Source: an uncultured bacterium (GTDB lineage Bacteria > Patescibacteriota > Saccharimonadia > UBA4664). Taken from it: 64,000 nt of DNA. The position numbers and the translations under genes were made by a program. Shown here piece after piece: positions 8,885 to 17,624 of this stretch. The notes beneath the pieces are model-generated. The model was not told the DNA's origin. It made no database searches and saw only the letters and a program-made list of their open reading frames with translations. Within the stretch, counting starts at the first letter, position 1. The number at the start of each line of letters is the position of its first letter. The DNA is taken from positions 663,601 to 727,600 of the forward strand of contig CAVRET010000002.1 of assembly GCA_963720265.1 (NCBI GenBank), read 5' to 3'.

Positions 8885-9316
8885 ATGCGCATCAATGTCA
8901 GTGATCTTTTAGCCGAATCGGTTGGGTACTCACGCCAATTTATCATCGCAGATGAATGGCCGGTACTCGAGGACACAGTCCTTGTCGAAGCCGTGGATGG
9001 GCAAGTTACCATTATCCGGCTCGACGAGGGAGTAGCCGTTCGCGGCCGAGCTACAATCAAGGTTGAGCTCCAGTGCGATCGCTGTCTGTGCGAGTTCACG
9101 TGTCCGGTTACTCTTCCGCTGCAGCAACTCTACACTACCCTCCCGGGTGACGACGAGCTGCCGCTTGATCGCGGTGTCATTGATCTGGCCCCACTCATCG
9201 AGCAGGAAATCGTACTGGGCCTGCCTATAAAATCACTCTGCCGGCCGGATTGCGTCGGAATTAAGAACCTGCAAGAAACGAAAGGAACCCCTCGTGGCCG
9301 TACCAAAAAAACGTAA
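8885..9316 (+). CDS. yceD: YceD/DUF177 family protein (large ribosomal subunit accumulation protein)
   Basis: The conserved CDRCLCEF block sits immediately upstream of rpmF, as in the canonical yceD-rpmF pair. Confidence 0.6.
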   Translation: MRINVSDLLAESVGYSRQFIIADEWPVLEDTVLVEAVDGQVTIIRLDEGVAVRGRATIKVELQCDRCLCEFTCPVTLPLQQLYTTLPGDDELPLDRGVIDLAPLIEQEIVLGLPIKSLCRPDCVGIKNLQETKGTPRGRTKKT

Positions 9317-9461
9317 AACCCGTGGTGCCCAAGGTCAGCACCGCTCACATAATGCCCTCGTTCCCACTCAGCTGGTTAGCGCCACAGGCGGTCGGCTCAT
9401 TCCCCGCCGCCTCAAGAAAGCCGCTGAGCTCGGTCTCTTAAAAACCGTAGGCAAGGCGTAG
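9294..9461 (+). CDS. rpmF: 50S ribosomal protein L32
   Basis: Found by manual translation and absent from the ORF track because it is under 60 aa. It has a GTG start and encodes MAVPKKRKTRGAQGQHRSHNALVPTQLVSATGGRLIPRRLKKAAELGLLKTVGKA, whose N-terminus is the classic L32 N-terminus. It overlaps the yceD 3' end. Confidence 0.8.
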   Translation: MAVPKKRKTRGAQGQHRSHNALVPTQLVSATGGRLIPRRLKKAAELGLLKTVGKA

Positions 9462-9473
9462 TCACCAACCTCT

Positions 9474-9947
9474 ATGGCTTCCAATCGTCATCTCGGCCGC
9501 ATCGTTGCCATGCAAACGCTCTACGAGCATGATTTTCGTGGTGGCGACGGTACCGAGCTCGCTCTTGACCCCATTCTCCAGCGCAATCTCGATGAATTCC
9601 GCAGCTCCATCGACGACATCAACTTCGTTGAAGACCTAGTTTCCGGCGTGCACGAGCACCAGGCCGAAATCGACGGCATTATCGGTCCAGCCGCGCCCGA
9701 ATGGCCGGTTGAGCAGATTGCTAAGATCGACAAAATTATCCTGCGCATCGGTGTATACGAGCTCATGATCAAGCGGGATGTTCCACCGAAGGTTGCCATC
9801 AACGAGGCCGTTGAGCTGGCCAAAACCTTCGGCGGCGAAAACTCGAGTAAATTTATTAACGGTGTCCTCGGCACCATCTATCGGAACAGTGATTTTTATG
9901 AACCAGAAAGCGAAAAACCGGCCGTACCGACCGACCAAAACGAGTAA
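9474..9947 (+). CDS. nusB: transcription antitermination factor NusB
   Basis: AREIAMQ-like N-terminus ([11 protein letters not shown]), FVEDLVSGV, and [25 protein letters not shown]. Confidence 0.85.
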   Translation: MASNRHLGRIVAMQTLYEHDFRGGDGTELALDPILQRNLDEFRSSIDDINFVEDLVSGVHEHQAEIDGIIGPAAPEWPVEQIAKIDKIILRIGVYELMIKRDVPPKVAINEAVELAKTFGGENSSKFINGVLGTIYRNSDFYEPESEKPAVPTDQNE

Positions 9948-10461
9948 AACCCCGCCTCGCATTAAGGCCACCCGCGAATACACCGCCGGCGGCGTGGTGT
10001 TTCGGCGCATCGATGACCGCATCGACATCCTCATGATCCAAGACCGCCTCGGCCGTTGGACCATTCCCAAGGGCCACGTTGAACCCGGCGAAAGCTTGGA
10101 GCAAACAGCGCTGCGTGAAGTGGCTGAGGAAACCGGTCTGCAGCGCTTTCGCATCGGCGAAAAGCTCGACACATTGCGCTTTTTTTATCGCAAAGATGGC
10201 AAGCTCATCTTCATGACCACCGACGTGTTTGTCATGGAGGCGCTTGGTGATACCGAAAGCTTAAGCCACGGTGACTCAGCAGGCATCGTTGATGTGAAGT
10301 GGTTTGCAGCCGACCGCGCCCTCAAACTAGTGGAATACCGCGATACCGAGCGGCTGTTCCGCATGTGCCTGGCCAAACTCGATGCGCCGGGGTCAAAACA
10401 TCAGCACCGTCGTCCTCGCCGCCGCCTCGCCACTGCGACCGGAGGCCGCACTAGTGAATAA
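9898..10461 (+). CDS. NUDIX hydrolase
   Basis: Nudix box [23 protein letters not shown]. The start was moved to ATG 9898 (MNQKAK...), which is in frame with the track ORF 9778. Confidence 0.6.
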   Translation: MNQKAKNRPYRPTKTSKTPPRIKATREYTAGGVVFRRIDDRIDILMIQDRLGRWTIPKGHVEPGESLEQTALREVAEETGLQRFRIGEKLDTLRFFYRKDGKLIFMTTDVFVMEALGDTESLSHGDSAGIVDVKWFAADRALKLVEYRDTERLFRMCLAKLDAPGSKHQHRRPRRRLATATGGRTSE

Positions 10462-11146
10462 CCCGGAGTTGGCCGACTTCCAGCAGCGCCTCGCCGTAAC
10501 TTTCAATGACCCACAGCTACTCGAACGCGCCTTTATCCACCGTTCGTACCTCAACGAACACCCTAAGCTTGGTCTCGAGCACAACGAGCGCCTGGAGTTC
10601 CTGGGCGATGCAGTGCTCGAATTGGTAGTAACGGATCACCTCTACCGCAATTACCCGAATCCCGAAGGAGACCTCACCAACTGGCGCTCGGCCCTTGTTA
10701 AAACCGAATCGCTGGCCGCCGCCGCCGACAAGCTGCAGATTGCGCCCTATTTCAAGCTCAGCCGTGGCGAGGCCAAGGGCAACGCCAGATCGCACGCCCT
10801 CATTTCTGCCAATGCGGTTGAAGCCATTATCGGTGCGATCTATCTGGACCAGGGCTACGATACGGCCGCCGACTTTATTAATGAGCATATCGTTTCCCGC
10901 CTGCCAGAAATTCTCGAAACCGGAACTTGGATGGACCCCAAAAGCAAGTTCCAAGAGCTGGCCCAAGAACGTTACGGCCTAACCCCCGTCTACAAAGTTA
11001 TTGAAGAATCCGGCCCCGACCATGACAAGGTCTTCACTGTCGGCGCCTATGTTGGCGACAAGCGCTTCGGCCAAGGCACTGGATCATCCAAGCAGGCCGC
11101 CCAACAAGTTGCCGCTGCCACCGCCCTCAAGCAAATTAAGCAGTAA
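10454..11146 (+). CDS. rnc: ribonuclease III
   Basis: RNase III signature ERLEFLGDAVLELVV plus a C-terminal dsRBD. I prefer the GTG start at 10454, which is preceded by GGAGG. Confidence 0.85.
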   Translation: MNNPELADFQQRLAVTFNDPQLLERAFIHRSYLNEHPKLGLEHNERLEFLGDAVLELVVTDHLYRNYPNPEGDLTNWRSALVKTESLAAAADKLQIAPYFKLSRGEAKGNARSHALISANAVEAIIGAIYLDQGYDTAADFINEHIVSRLPEILETGTWMDPKSKFQELAQERYGLTPVYKVIEESGPDHDKVFTVGAYVGDKRFGQGTGSSKQAAQQVAAATALKQIKQ

Positions 11147-11221
11147 TAATTGCAAAAAACTTAAAGCATGTTATAATAAATAAAGAATAATTAGTACCCA
11201 ACCATCCGAATACACCAAGAG

Positions 11222-11836
11222 GTGCACATGCCTTGGGAAAGAGTTGAGCGGCGAAACCAACAGCCACTTCCGGCCGGATGCTGCCGGCTGATTGTGGTTG
11301 ATCTGCTAACGCTTATTACCAGTCCGCTATTTTCCGATCACGGCCAGTTCAACAAGCGGCTTGCGCTCGGAGACCGGGCTGACCGAAGTGGTAATGTCGC
11401 CTGGTTTGTGGTTACCGCACTGCCCGCAGCCGAGGCGCATACCTACCTGCATCCCTACCTCAATGTGTTCTTCCAGCAACGACGCTGGGCGCAGTCCGGG
11501 TTTAGCTGCCGGGTCAAGTATGTCAGCATCGAGGGCCGGACCATCACTGAGCGCGACTACCAATATGCCGGCATTCAAGCGCCGACCGCCATCGTGTATG
11601 TGACCTGTGCATCCGACGACACGGGCCTGCCGGCACGGCACGACTGGGCCCATCTGCTCCGCACGGCCGTCGGCGCCAAATCGGTTGAGCCGGGATTCGG
11701 GGAAATCGAGGACCTCATCCCCGCTCTGCCCGCTGGATCCGGCTTTGAGCACCTTGTCGTGCTCCGGTATTCTAGGGAAAAGCCCGGCTACTTGGTCGCG
11801 CTATTCAGATGGAGAGAGGTAACGGGCACCGGTTAA
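11222..11836 (+). CDS. hypothetical protein
   Basis: A 204-aa ORF with no recognisable motif. A 141-aa ORF overlaps it on the opposite strand, so the strand is uncertain. Confidence 0.3.
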   Translation: MHMPWERVERRNQQPLPAGCCRLIVVDLLTLITSPLFSDHGQFNKRLALGDRADRSGNVAWFVVTALPAAEAHTYLHPYLNVFFQQRRWAQSGFSCRVKYVSIEGRTITERDYQYAGIQAPTAIVYVTCASDDTGLPARHDWAHLLRTAVGAKSVEPGFGEIEDLIPALPAGSGFEHLVVLRYSREKPGYLVALFRWREVTGTG

Positions 11837-11885
11837 CGGCCCTGTTTGGCAAGGAGGTTTCGCGCCCGCGCGATTTACCCTGCCA
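11826..11885 (+). promoter_or_regulatory. imperfect hairpin (GGCCCTGTTTGGCAAGG ... CCCTGCCAGACAGGGCC) followed by a T-rich tract. It is probably a terminator or leader structure upstream of rpsP.
   Basis: Inverted repeat read directly from the sequence, followed by CTCTTTGTT. A candidate promoter, TTGACG-17-GTAAAC, lies at about 11911-11940. Confidence 0.3.
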
Positions 11886-11954
11886 GACAGGGCCTCTTTG
11901 TTATCCGTAAGTGCTTGACGCAGGCCTCATTTTTAAGGTAAACTGGCCTTCGTT

Positions 11955-12332
11955 ATGTTAACTATCCGATTGAGCCGCACCGGCCGCAACAAATATCCCA
12001 CCTACCGCATCGTCGCGGCCGAATCAGCTCGTGCCGCCACCGGTAAGTTTGTCGCGGTGCTCGGCCACTACAATCCCCACACCAAAGAGCTGGTATTGCA
12101 AAAAGACGCCGTTAAGACTCACCTCAGCCACGGCGCTCAGCCCTCCAACACCGTTATCAAACTCTTACAGCGCGAAAAAGTTGAGCTGCCCGACTGGGTC
12201 AAGCTGAAAACGAAGCAGTCGAAACCCAAGCACGAGCCTGCTGAAACCAAGGCCAAAGCCGCCGAGGCGCCAGCTGTCAAGGAAGAAGCCGGCGAGCAAG
12301 CCGAAACTACCCCCGTCCAAGCGCAAGAATAA
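11955..12332 (+). CDS. rpsP: 30S ribosomal protein S16
   Basis: MLTIRLSRTGRNKYPTYRIV... is the canonical S16 N-terminus. The C-terminal tail is Lys/Ala/Glu-rich. Confidence 0.9.
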   Translation: MLTIRLSRTGRNKYPTYRIVAAESARAATGKFVAVLGHYNPHTKELVLQKDAVKTHLSHGAQPSNTVIKLLQREKVELPDWVKLKTKQSKPKHEPAETKAKAAEAPAVKEEAGEQAETTPVQAQE

Positions 12333-12391
12333 TAAAGTTGTCGCACATAAAATGTTATTATGGGTACAACCGCAACCTCTAACGTAAAGGA

Positions 12392-12817
12392 GTGCCGGCA
12401 ATGCCTGATATGGATCAAGAATTTGTTGAATATGTTGTGAAGGCTCTCGTGGCTCATCCCGAGGATGTGTACGTCCGCCGTTCCGTTGATGACATGGGTG
12501 TTCTACTGGAGCTCACGGTCAACCCCGATGACATGGGTAAAGTCATCGGTAAGGCCGGTGCCACTGCCAAAAGCATCCGTACGCTCTTACGCGTGCTTGG
12601 CAGCCGCAGCGACGCCCGAGTCAATCTCAAAATCATCGAGCCTGAAGGCGCGAAATCGCCTGAAGATGGCGCCGCCGGTGCTGATACAGCTGAGGCTGCA
12701 GCCGATAATGTTTCGGCCAAAACCCCAGAACCCGCCGACCCCGAAGCGGATCGCCAGGCCGACCTGCTCGCCCGCACCAAGAGCGAGTTTGACGACCTCG
12801 ACGACCTGGATCTATAG
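12392..12817 (+). CDS. KH-domain RNA-binding protein (YlqC/UPF0109-like)
   Basis: VIGKAGATAKSIRTLLRV is a KH GXXG-type motif. Its position after rpsP is conserved. The C-terminal tail is acidic. Confidence 0.75.
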   Translation: MPAMPDMDQEFVEYVVKALVAHPEDVYVRRSVDDMGVLLELTVNPDDMGKVIGKAGATAKSIRTLLRVLGSRSDARVNLKIIEPEGAKSPEDGAAGADTAEAAADNVSAKTPEPADPEADRQADLLARTKSEFDDLDDLDL

Positions 12818-12838
12818 GCCTAACAACCCAGCATTTGT

Positions 12839-13426
12839 ATGCCAATATCAAAACTGCACGTAATCGGTGGGGCGCCACTCACCGGTAAAACAACTTTGGC
12901 CGCAGGCATCACCGAGCCTCAACACGCTATAATGCTGTCCACCGACAACATTCGCACCTGGATGCAGAGCATCTGCAGCCCCGCCGACTTCCCTCATCTT
13001 TTCTCTTCACATAATCTCAGCGCCGAGCAATACTACCAAAAATTTTCCACAGCTGAGTCAGCACTCCAAGAAGAAATCGATCAGGGTCGAGATGTTGGCG
13101 TCGGCGTTATTGAGCTATTAAGCATCCAAAACCTACCTTGGGACCATGTCGTGCTCGAAGGTATCGCGGTTACACCTGAGTTCGTCTCTGTGTTAGCTGA
13201 AAAACTACCTGAAGTCGATTGCGAAGCTACATTCCTCTACGACAACGACTTCGATCGCATCAAGCGTCGAGTATATGGCAGGGGGCTTTGGTCTGAAGCA
13301 AACGCCTACTCAGACACGATTAAGCCGATTGAAGTTGAATGGACGATTCTTTATAACGAATGGTATCGCGAGCAGGTCAGAAGGTTCAGATTCGAGATTA
13401 CGCCGGTCAAAGAGAACCAACCATGA
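12839..13426 (+). CDS. P-loop NTPase/kinase-like hypothetical protein, occupying the slot where rimM usually sits
   Basis: Walker A motif GGAPLTGKTT. Its stop overlaps the trmD start (ATGA). Confidence 0.45.
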   Translation: MPISKLHVIGGAPLTGKTTLAAGITEPQHAIMLSTDNIRTWMQSICSPADFPHLFSSHNLSAEQYYQKFSTAESALQEEIDQGRDVGVGVIELLSIQNLPWDHVVLEGIAVTPEFVSVLAEKLPEVDCEATFLYDNDFDRIKRRVYGRGLWSEANAYSDTIKPIEVEWTILYNEWYREQVRRFRFEITPVKENQP

Positions 13427-14103
13427 AAATCGACATCATCACGCTCTTCCCCGACATGTTCAAAGGCCCGTTTGATATGAGCATGTTGTGGAAGGCACAG
13501 GAGCGGAAACTGGTGCAAATCAAATTCCACGACCTGCGCGAGTTTGGCCTCGGGGCACGCCGCACGGTCGACGACACACCCTATGGCGGCGGCGACGGCA
13601 TGGTGCTGCGGCCCGAACCGGTCGTAGCGGCCATTGAAGCCGCCAAGGCTGAAAATCCGGATGCCCGCGTAATCGCACTCACACCCAGCGGCCGGCGCTA
13701 CGATCAGGCCGTTGCAAGCGAGCTCAGTCAGCTGCACGGGATCGTGCTCATAGCCGGCCACTACGAGGGCTTTGACGAGCGCATTATGGCCTACGTCGAC
13801 GACCAGCTATCCATTGGCGATTATGTGCTTACAGGCGGCGAACTTGCGGCCATGGTCGTGGTCGACAGCGTGGTCCGCCTCATTCCCGGAGTTCTCGGAG
13901 GTGAACAGTCTGCCCACGACGAATCGTTTAGCGACCCAAACCTACTCGAATATCCTCACTACACCAGACCGGTTGAGTTCCGCGGCTATCGCGTGCCCGA
14001 CGTACTCCAATCCGGCCACCATGCCGACATCAAAACCTGGCGAAGGGCCCAGGCCGAAGCCAAAACCAACCGGTTCCGCCCCGACCTAACGCCAGAGACA
14101 TGA
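13423..14103 (+). CDS. trmD: tRNA (guanine37-N1)-methyltransferase
   Basis: MKIDIITLFPDMF, TPSGRRYDQ, GHYEGFDERI, and YVLTGGELAAMVV. Confidence 0.9.
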   Translation: MKIDIITLFPDMFKGPFDMSMLWKAQERKLVQIKFHDLREFGLGARRTVDDTPYGGGDGMVLRPEPVVAAIEAAKAENPDARVIALTPSGRRYDQAVASELSQLHGIVLIAGHYEGFDERIMAYVDDQLSIGDYVLTGGELAAMVVVDSVVRLIPGVLGGEQSAHDESFSDPNLLEYPHYTRPVEFRGYRVPDVLQSGHHADIKTWRRAQAEAKTNRFRPDLTPET

Positions 14104-14546
14104 AAAAAGTTCAGCTTCGATACGTTGTCTCTAATATGTCCGATGACGAATTATGGCACTTGGTAAGAGATATTGAGTCGTATCCACAGCGCATCAAGTA
14201 TTGCAAAAAAGTCTATGACATAGATTTTAAGCACGGGGGGAGCTATACCGATGTCACAACCCTGCTCTGGATCCCTGCGACCATCCGGCACCAAATCGTG
14301 TCAGCCAAATATCCCACTGAGATCAAGTACTTCTTGAGCATGCCTTTAGGGGCTACCAGCAACTATTCCTTCAAACTAAAGCACAAGCAGGGAAAAACTA
14401 TTTTGGAAGTAGAAGTTGATTTCGATCTCGGCCATCACCACTTGCCGTTACTGCCCAGGATTGTCGGGTTTGTACTGGCGCGGCGATTGGTTAGCATGCT
14501 TAAAAGTGGGCTTCCGGAATTCGAGCCCGAGGTGTCCGTAACATGA
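14100..14546 (+). CDS. hypothetical protein in a low-GC segment, possibly of SRPBCC/cyclase-like fold
   Basis: A 148-aa ORF whose GC is clearly lower than its neighbours. No firm motif. Confidence 0.35.
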   Translation: MKKVQLRYVVSNMSDDELWHLVRDIESYPQRIKYCKKVYDIDFKHGGSYTDVTTLLWIPATIRHQIVSAKYPTEIKYFLSMPLGATSNYSFKLKHKQGKTILEVEVDFDLGHHHLPLLPRIVGFVLARRLVSMLKSGLPEFEPEVSVT

Positions 14547-15358
14547 GCCGCTCTTACTTGGACGACCGTAAAAAAATCATCTCATCTGCTCTTATTGGGC
14601 TGACAGTGGTGAGCGGCTTCGTACTCATGGGCCTGCAGGCCGAGCCCGCCGGCTGGTTGCTGCTGGCCACTGCCGTCGCCGCCACCTGGTTTTCCCGCGA
14701 TCCGTCGCGCCGCCACCTGCTCCCGATCCAGGGCTCGCTGATATTGCTCGGGCTCACTCCCATCGACACCAACATCGCGCTCTGGCACATGGTGTACATG
14801 GGCACAACCATCGCGCTGGCCGTCGCCATCCCCGCCTACCTGTCAATCAAAATCTACCGCGATGGCGTCATCCGTTTCCCGTTCCGCACCGGCCGCCGCT
14901 GGTACCGCAGCGAAATCCTCTACATCCTCTTCACGGCCGCCGTGGCTTACCTGATCTTGCCGTTCTACTTCCATGCCACCGGCGCTTACCACAATTGGCC
15001 GGTGTTACCCGGCGCCCGCAACCTCATCACGCTCTTCATTGGCACCAATGGCCTCGGCATCTGGGACGAACTCTTTTTCGTCGCTACCGTCATGGCCACC
15101 TTCCGTTGCTACCTCGACTTCAAATGGGCCAATCTTGCCCAGGCCGTTTTATGGACTTCATTCCTCTATGATCTCGGCTTCACTGGCTGGGCGCCGTTGC
15201 TTATTTTCCCGTTTGCAATGCTGCAAGGCTACATTTTTCGCCGCACCGACTCGCTTATATACATAATCACCATTCATCTCACGCTCGATCTCGTGCTCTA
15301 CTTGACGCTCATCCACGCCTATTATCCTGCTTGGATGCCGATCTTCATCACTGGCTGA
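14543..15358 (+). CDS. polytopic membrane protein (possible CPBP-type intramembrane protease family)
   Basis: Six to eight predicted TM helices, with WDELFF and a conserved His in a TM helix (IITIHLTLDL). Confidence 0.4.
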   Translation: MSRSYLDDRKKIISSALIGLTVVSGFVLMGLQAEPAGWLLLATAVAATWFSRDPSRRHLLPIQGSLILLGLTPIDTNIALWHMVYMGTTIALAVAIPAYLSIKIYRDGVIRFPFRTGRRWYRSEILYILFTAAVAYLILPFYFHATGAYHNWPVLPGARNLITLFIGTNGLGIWDELFFVATVMATFRCYLDFKWANLAQAVLWTSFLYDLGFTGWAPLLIFPFAMLQGYIFRRTDSLIYIITIHLTLDLVLYLTLIHAYYPAWMPIFITG

Positions 15359-15380
15359 ACCCGCACTGGCTCACCAAGAA

Positions 15381-16433
15381 TCATTGCTCAATATACTGCC
15401 ACAGCTGCTGCGATAGGCTGGCAAACTGGGCCGGAGCATTGCCTGGCTGCGCCCACGGGCCACTCATCACAACCACTACGTAATCGGCCCTGAGCCCATA
15501 CACAATGCCGGCGTCGTGCACCATGTTGTCCAGGTTGCCAGTCTTGTGCGCGATTACTGTACCGGCCGGCAGACCCTGCGGCAGGCGATCGTTTATCAAC
15601 TGGTTCTTCAGCAATCCTAAAAACGCCGTATTCGAGTCCGGCGAATCCAGCGTGTTGTCATACAGCCGCTCAAACAGCGTAGCCACGTCCCGGGCGCTTG
15701 TTTGCTGGGGCGTGGTGAGGTCGGTTTCGGTAAAGCCCTGCGCGTTCAGAGCCGGATTCTGTTCCCCCCAGTCCAGCAGGTTGCCGAGCACCAAACCACA
15801 GGTGTTGTCCGAAAGCGTGATCATGCGATTCAAGCAGGTACCGATTGTAGCGTTGCTACCACCGCCAGTCGCAGTGCTATACGACAACGTTTTTGCATCG
15901 ATCATGTGATAAATTTGTTCAGCCACAAACAGCTTGTACAAACTCGCGCTCTCCATCGATCGATCAGGATCAATACTCGCTGTCGCCCCGGTGTGCAGAT
16001 CCTGCACCACAATGGCAAACTGACCATCGTGCTGACCGCCCACAAATTGGTTTAGGAGCTGTTGCAAGCCGGCTTGCTCAACCGCCACTGACCGAACCGG
16101 CAGCGCCGTAGCAGCCGGGGTGGCTTCACTCGCTGCCCGCACACCCGATTCGGGTGGTGGTGCCAGTACGCGCACCACAATAGCCGAGGTCACAAACGCC
16201 AACATTACCAACCCGGCCGCTGCTGCCGGTCGTCGCCACGCCGTATTACTCAACCACAACAACATCGGCCGCTTGGGCACAGCCAACATTGGTGCCGACT
16301 TTGGCCGGGGCCGTCGCACGCCGTCCATGCGCACATAGGTGCGCGCCCGCGCGGGCACAACCCTCCCGGGCGGCCTTGCCCGCTGTATAGGCGCGGACGC
16401 CACCCCCCGAACTCCGTCCACCCGCGACTTCAT
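15381..16433 (-). CDS. membrane-anchored class A beta-lactamase-fold serine hydrolase/PBP-like protein
   Basis: SxxK (SLYK), SDN (SDNTCG) and KTG (HKTGNL) motifs in the canonical order. An N-terminal TM anchor is present. The actual start is likely downstream of 16433. Confidence 0.6.
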   Translation of the reverse strand: MKSRVDGVRGVASAPIQRARPPGRVVPARARTYVRMDGVRRPRPKSAPMLAVPKRPMLLWLSNTAWRRPAAAAGLVMLAFVTSAIVVRVLAPPPESGVRAASEATPAATALPVRSVAVEQAGLQQLLNQFVGGQHDGQFAIVVQDLHTGATASIDPDRSMESASLYKLFVAEQIYHMIDAKTLSYSTATGGGSNATIGTCLNRMITLSDNTCGLVLGNLLDWGEQNPALNAQGFTETDLTTPQQTSARDVATLFERLYDNTLDSPDSNTAFLGLLKNQLINDRLPQGLPAGTVIAHKTGNLDNMVHDAGIVYGLRADYVVVVMSGPWAQPGNAPAQFASLSQQLWQYIEQ

Positions 16434-16487
16434 GTCTTAAGTATAACCTAAGCGTATAATGAGAGTCGTAATGTTGGAGAAGAAAGT

Positions 16488-16883
16488 ATGAAACTTACCA
16501 GACTACTCCCAGCCACCACGGTCTATGCGCACTGTGATCTGCCGTGCGGCGTTTACGATCCCGCCCAGGCCCGTATTGAAGCCGAATCCGTACTCAAAAT
16601 TATGCAAAAATATGGGGATTCAGACGATCAGGTCTTCCGCACCCGTTGCCTTATCCTCAAAGAGGAACGCGCGGAGCTGGCCAAACGACACCTCTGGGTG
16701 CTCTGGACCGATTATTTCAAGCCCGAGCACTTGGAGAAGCACCAAAACCTGCACGATCTATTTTGGCGTGCCACCAAAGCCGCCGGCCAGGCCAAGCATT
16801 CGGTCGATCCGGCCGACGGCCAAAAGCTCCTCGACCTGATCGCGGAGATAACCGATGTCTTTAACGCTACCAAAAAAGCTTAA
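16488..16883 (+). CDS. sodN: nickel superoxide dismutase precursor
   Basis: The Ni-hook HCDLPCGVYDP sits directly after a 14-aa leader (MKLTRLLPATTVYA). Confidence 0.85.
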   Translation: MKLTRLLPATTVYAHCDLPCGVYDPAQARIEAESVLKIMQKYGDSDDQVFRTRCLILKEERAELAKRHLWVLWTDYFKPEHLEKHQNLHDLFWRATKAAGQAKHSVDPADGQKLLDLIAEITDVFNATKKA

Positions 16884-17181
16884 CCTGAGGCGCCTGCGCC
16901 CGCTTGGCCTGTACCGTGTTTCAGGACACAGCATGGAGCCCACGTATGAGCCCGGGGACACATTGCTCGGCCTGCACTGGTTTGCGCCGCGCCGGGGTCG
17001 GGTAGTAGTAGCGCGTACCGCGGGCGGGCGGCCGCTCATCAAGCGCCTCGCGGCTGTCGACCGGGTAAAAGGCACTGTCATACTTCTCGGCGACAATCCG
17101 GCCGCCTCTACTGACTCACGCCATTTTGGGCCGCTCCCGGACAGTGCGCTTGAAGCCGTGATCATTGCGAGACTGCCATGA
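16855..17181 (+). CDS. sodX: NiSOD maturation peptidase (S26 signal-peptidase family)
   Basis: S26 catalytic Ser motif SGHSMEPTY. It lies immediately downstream of sodN, and the two overlap. Confidence 0.75.
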   Translation: MSLTLPKKLNLRRLRPLGLYRVSGHSMEPTYEPGDTLLGLHWFAPRRGRVVVARTAGGRPLIKRLAAVDRVKGTVILLGDNPAASTDSRHFGPLPDSALEAVIIARLP

Positions 17182-17624
17182 GGGTCCATATGCGCAATGC
17201 TTTCTTGCGCGCCTATCGCGAGCTCATCGGTGACCGCCGCCGCCAAATCCCGTTCTGGATTCTGGTCGGGTTTTTGCCAACCTACATAATTGCCCGCACG
17301 CTCGTCGCCACTGATCCAAGCCTCTTTCTCAACATCCATGGGGTGCATGTGCATCACTTCATCTACGGCATCATCGTTTTGGCCGTGGTCGGCTTTATAT
17401 CACTCGTCTCGCCCGAGTTTCCGCCCCGGCCCTGGCTGGCTGCTGCATATGGGGTCGGTCTCGCCCTGTCATTTGACGAATTCGGCATGTGGGTACATCT
17501 CACCACGAATTACAATCTCGACTCATCCGAAGACGTCATGACCGGACTGCTGGTTTTTCTCGTCGTTCTCGTCTACTTCACGCGGCTACTCAGGCGCACC
17601 CTGCGCTTCGTTCGCCACCCCTAG
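17178..17624 (+). CDS. hypothetical membrane protein
   Basis: A 148-aa ORF with four hydrophobic helices. Confidence 0.45.
   Translation: MRVHMRNAFLRAYRELIGDRRRQIPFWILVGFLPTYIIARTLVATDPSLFLNIHGVHVHHFIYGIIVLAVVGFISLVSPEFPPRPWLAAAYGVGLALSFDEFGMWVHLTTNYNLDSSEDVMTGLLVFLVVLVYFTRLLRRTLRFVRHP

Noticed and set aside
9130-9348. A 72-aa minus ORF in the yceD/rpmF overlap region
   Set aside because: It is antisense to the rpmF gene, which has a canonical L32 sequence. It has no RBS or motif.
11327-11752. A 141-aa minus ORF antisense to hypothetical gene 11222-11836
   Set aside because: No evidence favours either strand. It is listed only as a low-confidence + strand CDS, because the + orientation matches the surrounding rnc-rpsP operon direction.
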